64,000 bases of DNA, taken from positions 5,270,001-5,334,000 of the forward strand of contig NC_134031.1 in assembly GCF_964204645.1 (NCBI RefSeq), in the 5' to 3' direction. Below the pieces are notes generated by a model that searched no databases, had not been told where the DNA came from, and saw only the letters and a list, made by a program, of their open reading frames with translations. How positions within the stretch are numbered: position 1 is the stretch's first letter; the number at the start of each line of letters is the position of its first letter. Positions 1-15,271 of this stretch are shown here, one piece after another. A program made the translations under genes and the position numbers. This stretch comes from Tubulanus polymorphus. Its lineage: Eukaryota > Animalia > Nemertea.

Positions 1-3000
1 CCAATGTTCGGTCAATTTTTTTCAATTCATTGATTGTGGCCAGGCATATACTTCGAAGTAGAAATAAACGCGTTCGGGGGTCTGGTCAGGTGGCACAGTC
101 CGGTCATGGCCGGCGATCTTATTGCGCTCAATTAACTAATTAACCACAACGGGGATCGTTGACAAAATTGCCCACACAAATCAATTAGGAGATGTCAAAC
201 GACGTGCCTTACAAGGAGGATTTCGTTGTTTCCTATAATTGCGATGAATTATAACACTCGAAAAACACACGGAAACCACTCGGTTGTCAACCGCCATTTT
301 GCTTTGTTTTCACTTGTTATTTTCCAAAATGCCGATCCCGTTTTGAGATAAACGCAATCATCATAAATCGCTTGGAATATGTCGAACAATTAGATATTAA
401 TACATACGCAATGTATACGACTATCTGAAAGCCTCGAAATTGATTTGAGATTTTTTGAAAAATGCCCACCGAAAGCCATGTTCATTTGCAATCGAAATCG
501 TACCCATTTCTAAAGAGAGTTTATTAACAAAACCGTTGAATTTGTAAGTGGATTATCATCAGAACGTCTTCATTTGTTGTTGATCTATTAAAAAGATAAT
601 TGTTAACAAAAAAGGGTCAAATCATGTACATTATTAACATATAGATACATTGATAATAGAGTAGCTGGAGGTGAGAATGTATTTTTTGCATCTGGGAGAA
701 TATTTGCTGGTTGAAAGGAATTGCAAAATTTCGGACTCGGTTTTTCTTTTTCTATACTGTGAAATTTCATGGTATCATCGTGGCCCTATTCTTTCATAAA
801 TTGTTTCAAAATCCGTTGCACTAGCCCTCCTCAGAAAGAGCAGCCAGAATCATCTCGATGGCGATTCTAACACTTAGGACAAACGAATATGATGCCTATT
901 GATGAAAACGTTCATATGGAAACAACACGAATATTTTGACGATCATCCAATTAATAATCATAAATGAGACCAATTTAGTAAATTCATTCACACTGGTCTT
1001 TATGATAGCACCTCGTATAGCAGTCCGTTCCCGTCATTTGGTATCCAAGCCTCAGACGGGTTTTGTTTCATAATTTGATAATCGCCACTATGACTTGGTG
1101 TGAAGGGAAAGACAATGCGATGATTGCCGTTATTCACTTGTACAGAAGTTCCGCTATTTTCCCCTTCGAATCTTACGAGCTACGAGGAATAGACCCCAGC
1201 CAGAATTTACCACTTACTCGGCGTCAGTAAACCTAATTTTATAATAATTCTCCAGAATTTAACTGAATATTAGTTAAGACACTTTGTGGGCTAACCATTG
1301 GTGAAACACTTTTCCGCGTTGTAACGCGCTGTATAGAAAGTCCAAAACCAATTCAACGGAAGATGAAGTCCGAAAAGTTTCCTTTAAAGCTATTCATTTA
1401 TTCATTCGACATTTCTACTATAACCTAATAATCATCTCTAGGAATACTGAGTGAAACAAAATATGATATTGTGGGTTGCTAATAAGAAATATCATTATTT
1501 GTACAGGACGCTTCCATACGTTTGCTATATCTTTTGTGGAGAATTTTGAATTACATTTAAGGTGAATTTTGTATTCCATTAATGGAATTTCATTTGAAAA
1601 TCGTGCAAGGTGCAATTCTTCAAGCTAATAAATCAGCCGAACTATCGAAATGAAGAGAGATTTTCCTTAGTTGTTGAAGTAAGACTTTTTTTTCGTACTT
1701 TAGATAAACGATTTATAGAACTGGTGACCCTGGGCTGGCTAAAAACAATATTGACAGTTATGAATTAAGTTTGGCAGTTGCCAATATTCGGCCCATCTCT
1801 GACACCATCACACAACGTTCGGTCAACCAAATAGGCGTTTCACACCGCGCACTGTCGGGGTGCGTTTATTTCACTAATTAAGGGGGTAATTATAAACAAT
1901 TATTCGGACAGGTGAATCATTGTTTTTGGTATCTACACACCCAGTTTTCGCCAGTTGAAAATTGGGAATTCTGCGCGGCCTCGAATACGTCACCCGTTGA
2001 CGTTGCCCGAACACGATTCGAGATATCAGAAATATAAGTAAACATATTTCAGTGATTTCTAATGGTGATCCATAGGAAAATTATACTGTTAATGTCTTGC
2101 GGTTGAAAATCACCCAATACATAACGAACGAATGGTCCGAAAGGCTCGAGTTTGTAGTTTATTTCAATACATTGACTTTATCATAATAGCAAAAATACAT
2201 AGAGAGGGCTCTTTATGTAGTCATCATCAGTATTCCTTAAGATGACTATCAGGATTCGAAATGTTGAAATAAACTATGGCTCAAGGACTCGTCAAGGACG
2301 TTTTTCTACCGTTTTTCTTTAACACGGATAGTGTTCATCAAGATTATGTTGGTGTTTTGTCCTGACGTACTCGCAGACGGCATAACGTCGCTTAGGATGG
2401 GTTAGAAAGCCTACATTTCAAAAACAGTCTTTAACTGTCTTATCAACGATAAATGAAACAAAAAATATCGAATTATTCTACCCTTCCTTCTATTCAGGGA
2501 TTAAGCTGATAATGCGGGCTGATAGGGCGCGAAAATATCTTAAATGGACGAACGATCATCAAAAACAATTTCAACAGCCGATTATCTAAGAACCTATGAT
2601 AATCGGTGAAACAACTTGCGCAGACGATTTACTCTCATTTCGTCCAGTTTTCAGAATGCTTTTCTTTCAAACAATTTCGGCGTAATTCGCGTGTTTTCGC
2701 CGTCTAATACAGGATGCCGTGTTCCGCGAAGATTTTGTCGTCGGGTAGTTCATGATAATAGTCGGCTGGCAGCCAGTGCGGCGAAAGATAATCGCAAATT
2801 GTCCGCTTCCTGGTTTATAGAGGGGTTTATGTGATTCATTGTCTTTGAGCGATGACTCTGATCTTCACAGTCCCGTTTAAGATGTGTTTTCTATTGTCGA
2901 GCTATCGATCATACAAACGTCCTGTGACAATGAGAGACTCTCCGCTCTGCAGTACCGCGGGCTCGTAACTGTAATTTTATTATCTGCCGTCGAATTAATC

Positions 3001-3004
3001 CACT

Positions 3005-3185
3005 CAGCCAATCAAACGCGCTGACTTTTGACGTCCGAGCCGGCGATCAGAAGCAGCCGTTAGCGCCGGATAAAAGCCGCGCGCTGATTGGCCGAAACGA
3101 TCGAGATCGCAGCGAAAGTAAATCTCTAAAGAAAGTTAGCGTCCCTTAGCGATAGTATCATTCTGTGCGCGTCCGGCTATAAGAA
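3005..3185 (+). promoter_or_regulatory. Candidate core promoter of Awh
   Basis: GC-rich patch with CCAAT boxes in both orientations (agccaatca ~3006, tgattggc ~3085) and a TATA-like ctataaga ~3177, about 600 bp upstream of the ATG. Confidence 0.4.
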
Positions 3186-3803
3186 CAATATCATCACGGA
3201 CCCCATGAGAAGGAGACGAATTGAAAATAGTAGAAAATTGTCAACTTGAAAAATTGTACCGCCGCATAACGGTCCATTGCTAAAGGAAGCACGGCAAATC
3301 GCATTTTATATATATATAACGTTGGAATTATTTTGACATCTGAATGACCAACGTCTTTAGATAGAATATATTCGTATATATTCGAAATAATCAGAACTAT
3401 TTCGATTTTATGGTTATCGTCTTGGTCGGGTGATTCCGCAGCAGGGTGGTCCAGTGACATCCGTGCCAACGCCGAGTATATTGCTGTGACAGTCTTGGCA
3501 TCGTCAGGATTAACTAAGCCAGCACTGCACGAGGTCCGTAATCCCTTGACAGTGACCGTTATACTAGCCATCGCGTTACAGCTTACTCCGCTTTGAAGAT
3601 ATCTCCTGAAGGTCCGGTCGAGGAGAGCTCAGAGGTGAAGACATTCAATCGGTGATGGACGCTGCGAGACCGAATCGAAATCAACTGCGGTTTTGCTAAT
3701 GAGACTGAGAAAGAAAATGAACTAAGCGAAAGTTAACAAACCGAAACGAGAAGGTCGACTTTAGGACGGTGGCCAAAGCGATAGAAGACTAAGAAACTCG
3801 AAG

Positions 3804-3899
3804 ATGGGTTTGGGAAGTTTTCCGATGTTGTCGGACGATGATCATAGTTTTACGACGACCAATTCCGACGATAGTTTGACCACTCAATACCTCATTAAG
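3804..3899 (+). CDS. Awh: LIM-homeobox protein Arrowhead (Lhx6/8 class), coding exon 1 of 6
   Basis: ATG at 3804, open frame MGLGSFPMLSDDDHSFTTTNSDDSLTTQYLIK ending at AAG|GTAAGT (phase 0). Full model join(3804..3899,5249..5350,9254..9435,15060..15271,22662..22922,23394..23434) keeps the frame throughout. This exon has no domain homology, so it rests on splice signals and phase. Confidence 0.65.
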
Positions 3900-5248
3900 G
3901 TAAGTACAGGAGGAAAGTTGGAAAATAACTTTCGCCACCTCGAATAACAGTATATTGAACTGAAAGTAGGGCGTAAAAAGAGCAAACGCGCAAATGCCGA
4001 AATCAAATCCAATTTTGGGGCGTTTTATATATCTTTACCGATATCTTCGTATTTTCCGTAATATGCGTATCTAAAAAAAAACGCGAAATAGAATTTATTA
4101 TCAAAAGATATGTTTCCAATAGATGAAGTATGTTCAGTATATGCAAATACGAAATAGAGAATCAGAATCAAGTCGCCAATATTGTTAGAATTATATTGTT
4201 TTTAAGACAGTGTTCGTAAACGATAGTAAAAGCTAAATGCAAATGAAATACTCATTAAGCATTATCAGATAATCATAATATAAATTTGTAAAACAATTTG
4301 TAGGAAATGGTATGATAAAAGTTTGCTTAAACAATTTGCAGGAGGTCATCAGTTTAGATTACTATCAGCACATACGTTAAACAAAATTTACACCCGATGA
4401 ATGGATTAGCGATTAATGCCATTGTTTTAGAATAGATTTGTCAATAAACAAATCTCGCGCAATCACTCACTGGAGACAAACGCGTGTCTATTTTGACGTA
4501 CTCAATTACAAACTTTAACTGACGAACCAAACAAGTTATCATTAACAAACAGACATTTCTGTTGGTTTTGAATGCTGAAATATCAAATTGATTGATATTG
4601 GTCTTACAATATATTCTATATTCTATTCTATACGCCGGACCCAGTTCCATATAGATTTGTTGCTTATCATTTTTGCGGTTTAATCCCTATCAAATGATGA
4701 TAATAATAAAATCATAATAATAATCGTTAATCGTCAAAGTAATCATACAAGTATGGCGTAAAGAAATTTTACATCAATTACACGGTAGGCTTTTTACACT
4801 AAATAGATATCGTTACATTCAGGTAACCCAAAAAAAGAATATATATTAGCCTGTTACTGGACCGAAAATATATAAAATTCTAAGGCTTTCTGGTCATGTT
4901 TTGCGAGTGATTTCGCAATTCAACGATTTCGCAATTCAACGTTTTTTTTTATCAAACAGAGCCCACTTTTACCAAAAGGATCTTTAAAATGAACACAGAC
5001 TGAATAAATGATGGATAGAATTTCGGTTTGTCCAGATTTCAAACTTTTCTGAAACCGGATCCGGTGCTAGAGTTAGTTTGCACGGCCGTTTTGTCATTCG
5101 TGTTTGTTTAGCACCTCCCACCTAATTGTGTGCGCATCTGTCTTGTCTGAAACATATATATATATTTTAGTTGTAAATGTATATGTAGCGTGTATTTGTG
5201 TCGAGATATGCCTATTTCTAGAATGTTGTGTTTTTTATTTATTTTTAG

Positions 5249-5350
5249 CATGAACCCGCTTCAGACTCGGACTACGAGTCGGACCTGCTAGACGGTGACA
5301 AAAGTCTGACACATCAACATTTGACATTCAGTCCACAATATCGAATAAAA
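5249..5350 (+). CDS. Awh: Arrowhead/Lhx6-8 coding exon 2
   Basis: Pyrimidine tract + TAG acceptor, 34 open codons HEPASDSDYESDLLDGDKSLTHQHLTFSPQYRIK, GTAAGA donor; phase 0/0 fits both neighbouring exons. Confidence 0.65.
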
Positions 5351-7649
5351 GTAAGATAATATGCTTTCAATGTCATAACACCACCGCCCAGAAATCCTGT
5401 AAAACTCTTTTTTATGTTTTAAGTTTTGATTTCTCAACAGTAGAATTTGCACTGCTTATTTTGCCACTGGTGTTTCGCATGTTTTGGTGTGTTTTCGTAA
5501 ACCGTACGATGTCAAGGCTGCAGCTCCGCCTCGGGCTCTGCCTAGGGCCGTTCATTTCGAACCTTATCTGATCGTCAGAATGCCGAAGAAAATTCTGGGG
5601 GCAGAACAAAAATGAAACGTCACTTTATCTCAAATAATTCCAGCTGTCTTCTCATTTAGATCGTTCATTTCCCGACAAAACTAAGAAATAATTCAAAATA
5701 AGTTAAATCATTCTTAAAATCATTCTCATGAAACTTATAAACTTGACTTATGAAACGTATAGTGACACCAGCAGATATACATATCTTCAACAAGATAGGA
5801 TTCAAATAAAAGGATAATTCATCTTTGAATAGGCTGCAAATATTCAAGAATCGTTATATATATTTTAAAGGAAATGGGTATACTCCCAGTTACAGGTAGA
5901 AGTACAGATGGGGCCCTTCACGTCACCTACACCATAACACATGCATATCTATAGTAACATTTTTCATTCGTCTCACTTCTTCACGAGGATAACGCGCTTT
6001 TTTCTGAAATTTCTGTAAACGGATACGTCATGAGCGACATTATTTTGCCGTCGAGATTCAATACATGGTGCGTTGACATGTCGAATCATATGCCTGGCCG
6101 TCCACTATCGGCCACGCCGCGGGTGCGATGACCGCGTCCTGTACACTGTGCGTTAATTAACTATTAATTTTTATCCGTTATTCGAAGGCATTAAAGCCGG
6201 CGCATTGGTTACGTAATTGATCACGAAAATTATCGGCCATAAATTTGTCGGTCGACGGATAATCCAAGATTACGAATGACCACTTTAAGAGTGAATCGTC
6301 CGCCTATAGAGAAGAACTAACCTTTTTAGCTATGGTTAATGCGTAATTGGATTTGGAGAAAAATTACGGCGGATTAAAGTAGATATTCGTCAGTTTAGAA
6401 GTTACTTTCTGATAATCTATTCATGCTAATAGCATAGTCGCTATTCACGGTGGCGCAGAATTAAAACTCAGAACTATAAGGCTTAGAAAACAGTAGGTTT
6501 CTTAAGGCAGTACATTACGCGAGGTTTATTATGTCTCAATCAACATTTGAAACAACTTTTCAGGCCAGGCTTTACGATTTGATTGTTCCTTAACAATCAA
6601 TCGTAGATTTTCAGTTCATTAAGTAGTTTCCGTATACCGAGATTTTCTTCGCTTCCAAGTTTGTTTGCATACATTTTTCCGGGCCTTTCCTTGTGCAACT
6701 ACAATTTCCGCATTTAGTTCAAATTCACATTTTTGAAATACCGACTGGAATCGATTAATATACATGTTAAGCAAAAGCGTTCTTCTTTCACTATTAGAAT
6801 ATTCACGTATTACTTTTGATATTTGTTTGCCCGATTCATACCGTCTGCGATCTTCGTTCGAACAACTGAAAATACGTGTCAATATTTCTACCGGCAAAAA
6901 GTTTATTGACTAAAATCAACACGTTTCAAATACTTATGATATCAAGGCTCCAACGGCGCTTTTCATCATCATTTGATATCGTCGAAAATTTATGTCCAAC
7001 CCTCCCAGATGATAAAATTCCTTTTTTCGTTCGTGTTGTTGGGTGAGCAGTATTAGGCAGCATACTGCATGCAACCGAGCGTGTTAGATAATCAGCCACC
7101 GCAGTCTCGGCGAACGTCTTCTCCCGATTCTCCTGTATCTGATTATCGGAAGCCGGAGACGCTTGTTCCGGAGTCGTCAATAGATGCTGATTGCTAAATA
7201 TATTCAAATATATGATGAATTGTTAAAGCGCAATTATTATCATATGTTTAGATATATACATATCTATATAATGTAGAGATATGTATACATAATATTCCGA
7301 CTTATTCCCGTTACGCGGCAAGCTCGTTAGGCCCGAAGAGATTGATGTCATAAGATTGTCGCAGCGGATAAGAATCACAATATCACTTATTAATCCTCGC
7401 AGGAATTTCATCGTCTGTTTAAAGTGTATCGATAATTCGCTAATTGTGGATACTTGATTTTATTGTACCGATATAACTATTGCAACCGACGAACGCGCTG
7501 ATGCGGGATGATCAGTACTGATGACCCGAACCGCGCTGGGCCTGCCTTGACCAAATGATATTTTGTTTATTCAATTGCTAACGTGGCATGAACATAATGA
7601 CTTCGCCTCGAAGTACATAGGTTATATATCTGCAAGGTGTAATATCAAT

Positions 7650-7740
7650 AATGATTATTATTACTATTATCATTATCATTGTCATAAATTAATTTTTATA
7701 TAGCGCTGAATCTCATGACGGCTCAAAGCGCTTTACAGAA
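7650..7740 (-). mobile_element. 3' tail of an L2-clade LINE or L2-mobilised SINE
   Basis: Minus strand reads tgtaaagcgctttgag...cagcgctatataaaaa followed by a (TAA/TGA)n-like tail, a typical L2/SINE 3' end motif. Confidence 0.5.
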
Positions 7741-9253
7741 AAATATACAACATTTATACAGATAGTCATAAATACAATATTCCAATGAGCTAAAACATTT
7801 CAGATGTAAGTTTCATTAAAAATATGTTTTAAGTCTTTTCTTTAGAATTTAAACTGACTCACTCCCCGAATATATTTCGGAAGGGTTTATAACTGAGATA
7901 AAACTGAGAGATTGGCTACCAATATTTCTCTTTGGGATAGAATGTCAACAGGACAGTCCGTGGCTTATAGCAAGCCCAAATACTTTGTTCCTGCCTGTTT
8001 GTTGACCTTTCCCTCCGGATCTTCCAGGTTACGCCTGCCTTGAGGGGTACTCAAAACGACTCGCAGAATGAAAAAATTCGAATTCAAATGTGGGCATCCA
8101 AGATGTCGATTAACTCTTAAATGTCGATTAAATATATATATATTTTCATCGGAATTTAATTCAATAATTTCTTGAAATTTCGAAGCGTTAAACGAAGAAT
8201 GGATATAGCTTTAGCATGGTGGAAATCTTATAAGACAAAAAGTCAAATTACCAGGGAACTTCATGACCGCGTGAAATGTACTATTATTCGAATATTTCAC
8301 CAGTCTAATTTTTATGTAAGGTTGTTTTTCATTGCTCTATACATCTCGACACGAATTGTTTTCCCCGAGCCGTAAGATTTCCAGGTTGCGAGCTATGCTA
8401 ATTGGCTTATGACAGGGGGGCTACTTACCGCGAACGCCGCGATCATTGACACTGCAAAACATGTGCCGTCAATTCATTGTCGATTCACGCAATGATGTGA
8501 CAACTCTTGCCCGGTATCCGGAGGGCTGCGCCGGAGCCGCGCGGTAAAGGTAATCAAATTAACCTGCCGGGATAGCGATATCGCCGAGATTTTCACAGCT
8601 TTGGACGTGCGTCGCCATCCACCACTATCGTGATCTCATTTTGCTTAGTTCGCAGGCGTTGTTTTGAAAACAACAATAGTCTTTTAGACTATCTGCGTTT
8701 TGCGCAACGATATAGTTCGTTTTCTCATCTCGAATCTCAACTAGTATTCGTGGTTGGGGAGATAAACGCCCCCTGGCGATAATTAGTAATAATAATAATG
8801 GAGATTGAAAACGACACAATGAAAACGCTTATCTGGTTATTTTTCATAGGTTATCGTTCGGAATACGCTTTCAAACTTGATTCGTCGCTTAATCGGGGAA
8901 AAGAAGCAAACTTTTCTTCCGCTTTTGTCCCGATATTGCCAGAAGAATGTTGTCAAGTCTAACTAAAACTACGCGTCTACCGCGTGCATGTTACAAAATA
9001 TTTCACTTTTGTGAAAATCGCCCAATTTGCTGTAAATCCAAAAGCATGTTCAGACACCCTGGCAAAGAAACTAGACGAAAAAAAAACTGCCAATGAATGG
9101 ATAGCATGCGGATATTTACTATAAATTGAAATTCTAAACCCTGTTAAATTCCCATTCAAATTTGTAGGTGGATTTTTCTTAAAATTCGTTATAGTCAATA
9201 TTCGGTGATTTCTAACTTGAACATAATTATTTATTACCTCTTATTTTCTTCAG

Positions 9254-9435
9254 CCGGAAGGAGAACTGTGCTTTGGTTGCGGGGACATCATCACCGAACG
9301 GTGGCTACTGAAAGTGAATTCGCGGTCGTGGCACGTGCATTGTTTGCGGTGTTGTATGTGCTTGACGATATTGGACCGACATCAAACCTGTTTCATCAAA
9401 GAAGATAATATTTACTGTAAACTCGACTACGCCAG
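9254..9435 (+). CDS. Awh: Arrowhead/Lhx6-8 exon 3, LIM domain 1
   Basis: ttcttcag acceptor; PEGELCFGCGDIITERWLLKVNSRSWHVHCLRCCMCLTILDRHQTCFIKEDNIYCKLDYA(R) is a canonical LIM zinc-finger pattern; AG|GTAAG donor, phase 2. Confidence 0.95.
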
Positions 9436-12400
9436 GTAAGAACTAGTCATTAAAATGACTGAAATTTTTGGAAATGACTTAAGCTTAAATGGATAATGAT
9501 TTCATTTGATAAAGATAAGGGGCCTGTCACAGTTGCGCGTGAAGAAAGTGTAGACCATTTTTAACGATTGATGCGAAAACAAATTGTGACCGGGCTACAA
9601 CGGTTCTAGTTGTTTAGACAGCCCGACTTCGAAACTGGTGGCTTTCGAATAAATAATCTGTCAGTTAAATCTATTTGATGAATTGCGGTTTTCATCGACA
9701 CAATATTGACCCATCCTCGCTTGCCAGGGTTTGGTTGCCTCCCAGCGAAGCTCTGTGTTGGCGTGGGCTTCGGTGCGAGGCAACCAAACCCTGGCAAGAG
9801 AGGGTGTAAATTATAGACTCGATTGAGTACTAACTAGATAAAAGAGCCAACATGAGATATCCTTTTTCAACAAAGTTTAGCTTGTTGTTGAAAAGGCCCT
9901 AAAAGAAGATTAAAAGGGGCAAAATAAGTTTATCACGTACGCAAGATCTGTTTAAAACCTACGCTAATTTCGGTGATTGTAACTTTTGCGGTTAGTTTGA
10001 CTCCGCAGTGTTACGACGTAAATGAGATCATCTAGTACGATTCTAATTCAATTTCTGTTCGTGCTCTTGACGACAAAAGCCAGCCGGTCGCCGTTCGGAC
10101 TTCTAAGCAGGTGGTAGTTTATTACGCATTAATAATCGGCTAATAAGTGTCGCAAGATGACAGATGTCGGTCTAGACTCCCCGGTACTTCACTTTCCTCA
10201 CTGTTGTGCCGTTCAAATGGGAATCACGGGGAATTAATACCGCGGAAATCCTGTAGATAATTCATCAGAGTTTACCTTCGATCATGTTTTTAACCAGGAA
10301 GGTTCTCTCCCACCTCCGTTCAAGTCTCAACGAGATATTATGTTATGAAATTTGCTGGTATTATGAGATAGAATTTCTAGCTTTTATTTTTGCTTGGCTT
10401 TTATGAAAAATCGACTCATGAAACAGGCATTGTTCCAAGATTTTGCAAACGGAAATTGAAATACAGATAAAGAAAGTCATCCATATTAAAGCCATTGATT
10501 CATTCTTACACAGCTTTGTATATCCCTATAGAGACTTTTTAGAGACTTTTTAGATGGATAGAAATTTTCCGTTGAGTCTCTATAGGTTTCAGACTTTGTT
10601 ATAGCTGGATGGTCGGTCGAAATCGATGATTTTCTCTTTGAACAAGATTTTTGCACAATCTATCCAGCCTAAATCAGTGTACAATAACGAGTACTGAAAT
10701 TCAGTATATAATTAGAACCCGTCCGGACGTAACCTTGATTACAATTGCAGACGGTGTTACGTAAGATTGCCCAACCCACCTAACCCCACTGTGACGGTGA
10801 CAATAGTTGTCTGGCTGTGACTCGTTTCGCTTGAATTCACACCGCTCAGTTCGTCTTGACGTAACATCGACGTTTTTGGTTTTCCCGCGCGCTATTTCGG
10901 GGAGAAATCCTTGTAAATTTTTATGAAGAAAGTCATGATCGAAATACGCAAAGTGTATCACGTCGCCTCCGAATTCGAATTCTAGGTTTTTTTTGCCTTC
11001 CACCGGCGTGACCCTTTCGCGTAGATGTTAGGTATTTAGACGTCGCGGATTTATTCAGTTGAGTCGTCTGCGGCGAACGCTGCATACTTCCGCTCGCGCG
11101 GTAATCCAATCAAGTATGGAAATGCGGAATAGCGGCGACGGGCCGATACCGAACTACGGAGACAAGATTGTAACAGCCCCCGGGGAATTATTGCTACTGA
11201 TTTGATTTCTAGCTTTTGATAGAAAAAGCAAATTCACTTTGAAAACTCACTGAGATTTTCCGTTATCTGATTGGTCCGTCGAGGGCACACGCAATTCGGT
11301 TAGAACGTTACACGCGGTGCGCGAACTTCCGGAGTTAACGAACGCGAAGCCGGCGTGAGTTTTAGGCGTTGACCCGATTAATGCTCAAACACCGACGACG
11401 ACGGCTTCAAATCAAATATTTGCAAATAGTTTTAACCAAACGAGCCGTTCTGTTGTCGATAGACTTTCGAAAAGACTTTTTCGACCTCGATTCTTTTTAA
11501 GACAAATAAACGCAACCAAAAGTAATACAGATAGTATATTTATCAGTTGATCATGATTTTTGCTCCCGAAGGAAATGAACAGCGCACCTGGCGCAAACTT
11601 TGAAAACACAACTAATAGTGACTTAGTTTCCGCTAGCCTTCTTCATCGATGAACCAAGTTTTTGAATTGGATTGAAATTAGTTTGGACACTAAAATGTTA
11701 GCAAAATACTTTGTCTACGTTCTGTTGAGATAATTGCTCGTAGCATTAATACATAAATACTATGAAGCCACATTTGTGCCAAGGATTCATCCCTGACCTG
11801 ACAGGTTGTAGGCGATGAACATGAACAATGATAGAAACTTAGGCTTGTGTGTATGGATTTAAAGGCAAAGAATCTAGTTCAAAAAGTGAGTGAAAATGAA
11901 CTATTTGACGCAGCTATTCACGCCATCTTTTGGTGCGCATGTACGGTATCTTTAATTTGAATATTTTCAAGGTCCATGGACTTGAAGATTCAACTGACTT
12001 TAATCGAATAGGCTTCGCGCGCGCATCTGATACAAAAACTCACGCGAATTGAGCTCTGACACGAATGCACCGACATCATTAGCCGTCGTATTGTCCAAAA
12101 ATTCTCAGCGATGACACGACTCGCTTCGTCTGCCAGCGAAACAAGGCGTACATCTTCACATCGACGGTTCGTTTCGCATGCCGGTCCTGTCTCAGCAGTT
12201 CGTCTATTAGATTATACAGCTAGACGGGCATGTTCGCCGCTCGCTGTCGTGCGCAGTTAACGCAATTTTCGACGGTGAATCAGGCAGGCAATAGGCGCCC
12301 GCGTAACGTTTGATACCGATTGCGTGAGCGGAGAGTTAAAGCGATCGTAATTTCCGGTAATTGTTACCCAGCTATCGTCGAGTTCGTTCGCGTGCCCGGT

Positions 12401-14121
12401 TTGAAAAAAAATGAAATAATATGCCCTTCAGATTTTCTCAACAATGATAAAAGAAATGTTTTGGCAATTCGAAAAAATGTATACGAAATTTTGTAACCTC
12501 AGAATTCACAAATTTAGCGATCAGCACAATGTAAAATACAGTGACGGGCTAAAAGGCTTAAGTCTTATCGTTCCTTCCACGTTTGAAAGATTATATTTAT
12601 TTATAGTGTTGAATGAAATATGACTATATACAGAGCCAGGTTGTTGCGTTAGAATTGCATTTAAAAGTCATCCAGAAACAAAGTATGTTTTTTTCTATGG
12701 GACGCCAGTTGGTTTCACCGCAGGGTCTGAGTCTTAAGACCAACATAATATTGGTTACATGAACTTAAACTACATAATCCTGATTCAAGACTTTGTAACC
12801 GGGCATCATATCGGATTTGATTGGGAACTTTAGAAAGAAGTTCTGGCTCGAAGAAAACCGATTGGCGATCTATAATTTGATACGATGTGGTTCTTATGAT
12901 ATGAGGCTGCTACGACGCGTCGCTTTAAAAATTGCTGCAAATCGGTTCGGATAAACAAATATTCGTTTATATCCCTTATGGATAGAGCGATGCTATTATA
13001 TGGTAGAAGGGATGAATCTATCTAAACTATATTTGATAACGATCTTCTCTTGTTGATCGGTACATATTGAGTCACCGAGCGGCGAGGCTCCTCATAGTCT
13101 GCCTTACAGATGACCGCCAACGGACGCCGAACAAACGAAATCAAAAAACGAGCCGATAAAAATCACCATCAAAGTGTCAAGTCGTCATAAAAACAACACT
13201 AAACGATATCCGACATCAATAGAAGTTTAGACTCGGGCCAGAAGCGCGCGCTCGCTTGGGTCCCTAATCCCCGCAAGGCCCGATCGATGCGGCGACACAA
13301 AGATCGCATTCACATATCTATACGAGACGAACACGTGTTCTAATTATAATCCGCAATCCGCGATTTTACTTTATTCGACGGCTAATCAGATCGCCAATAA
13401 ACCGATACTTTTCAAGTGGCGATTTCTTGCCGATTCGTTACTCATAAAGCCCCCATATGTCGCGCCGAACTATACAGAATATCTAGGACTTTCTTTGACA
13501 TCCGATTGAAGCGGTGCCTTTCGGCGGATGCGGAGAAAATGATGACTTGGATAATAATTACCGGTCGGACAAGTTACCGCGTGCGATTGCTTCCAATCTC
13601 GCGCTCGGTACGGCCATTAATGGGCTTGATATGATGTGTATAATTGATGCTACAAAACCTGTAATTAACGACGAAACAGCGCCAACATTCATTTAAGCTC
13701 TATTACCCGCGCTATACACCAGCCCCTCCCCTTCCACGTTTCCTCGGCCCGACTACAATGTACACAATTCGATTTTTTCTTTCATCGCACGATTCATTAA
13801 GCGTATCTGTTGTCTTTGGCTTTGTATCATTGTGGTCAGGAAAAAACTGTCCACCCGACACTTGATTCATGTTCTTTCCACCATCGGTGTAGAATCCGGG
13901 CTGTACACGTCACACGTGTACGAATTACGCTATACCTTCCTTGTGTACGGAGTATATTCGAAATTGGAAAACATCTATTTCTGATTTATTCAAATCAGTT
14001 AATACATTTTCAGGCCCATATACTCTCATTCATTTTTGAAGAATTGACGAAAAAAATTGCTCGTATAAATTGAAGAAGGGGGCAAAATTTTATATTGTCA
14101 ACATAAAAATGTTAGCTTTAA

Positions 14122-14299
14122 AAGGCCTGACGCACACGACGCAGGGAAACGCGGAATCACGGAATCAAACATGTTTGATCTCAGAAACGTTGTTTCCCGA
14201 AACATGTTTCTCGCCAACGCACACGACACATGGAAACGCTCGGAAACGTGTTTCCCCCTCCAGTCTTTGTGTTTCCCTGCGTCGTGTGCGTTGGGCTTT
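14122..14299. mobile_element. Palindromic MITE (Harbinger-like)
   Basis: TIRs aggcctgacgcacacgacgcagggaaac ... gtttccctgcgtcgtgtgcgttgggctt; a degraded relative lies at ~62720-62800. Confidence 0.7.
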
Positions 14300-15059
14300 A
14301 TGAGAGAAGAAATTATCATCTTTCAGTCTATATACCGATGTTCTATGCGAAATGACCTGCGTCAACCGCTGGCCCTCTGTTCGAATCACGTATTTCGTAT
14401 AGTAGTAGTTTTTTTAGCCGTCAGCCATATTTGTATTTTCCTCGCTCGTTCGTCGTGTAACTCCATTATTAATTACTACGATGATTAACAACGCTAACAG
14501 ATTGTGAGCATTCATCAAATAATAGATTACTCGGCAAAACTTCCGTCATTTCGTCATACGCCATTCGAAGAATGCATCATCGGTTTTCGGTGTTTGTGTC
14601 CTCTTACAATTTTCGATGTATCCTATTTTCAGTATACCAGTTTAACAGCTAGCCCTTCCGTCTTTCAATTTCGACTTTTGTGCACCTCACCAGCTGATAA
14701 CATTAGGAGTAGATTAAGGGGGTGGTCTCGGGGTCTGGACCCCGGCCATTCCATTGAGATTGGATTTTTCTTCATGTCAGAGATAGTTAAAACCTGCAAA
14801 TTTGAAAAATCTTTTCGGATCCATGTCTTCGAACATATATCAACGCCAAGGGTGCGACCCCGCTAGTGGCATTTGGCTTGGCTTTATCCGAGAAATACCT
14901 TTTCCTTTTTTGGGACCGATTCTGGAACTTTGGACCGATTTCACAAAATGTGTCTTCTATCCGTTTAACAAAGCGGCAATTCTATCTGCACCGCTCATGA
15001 CGCCTCACTCCCAAAATCTATTCGTATTTAAACATTTCATTTTCTTATCTTTATTTCAG

Positions 15060-15271
15060 ACAATTCGGAACAAAATGTGCCAAATGCTTGCGGAATATAC
15101 AATCGAACGATTGGGTCAGGCGTGCTAAAGACAATGTTTATCACTTAGCGTGTTTCGCGTGTGACAGTTGTAAAAGACAATTATCAACTGGTGAGGAATT
15201 CGCTTTACAAGAGGATCGGGTGCTGTGTAAAACTCACTACGTCGAAACTGTCGAAGGAGGTCCAAATAGAG
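15060..15271 (+). CDS. Awh: Arrowhead/Lhx6-8 exon 4, LIM domain 2
   Basis: tttcag acceptor; [62 protein letters not shown], typical of Awh/Lhx6/8 LIM2; G|GTAAAT donor. Confidence 0.97.
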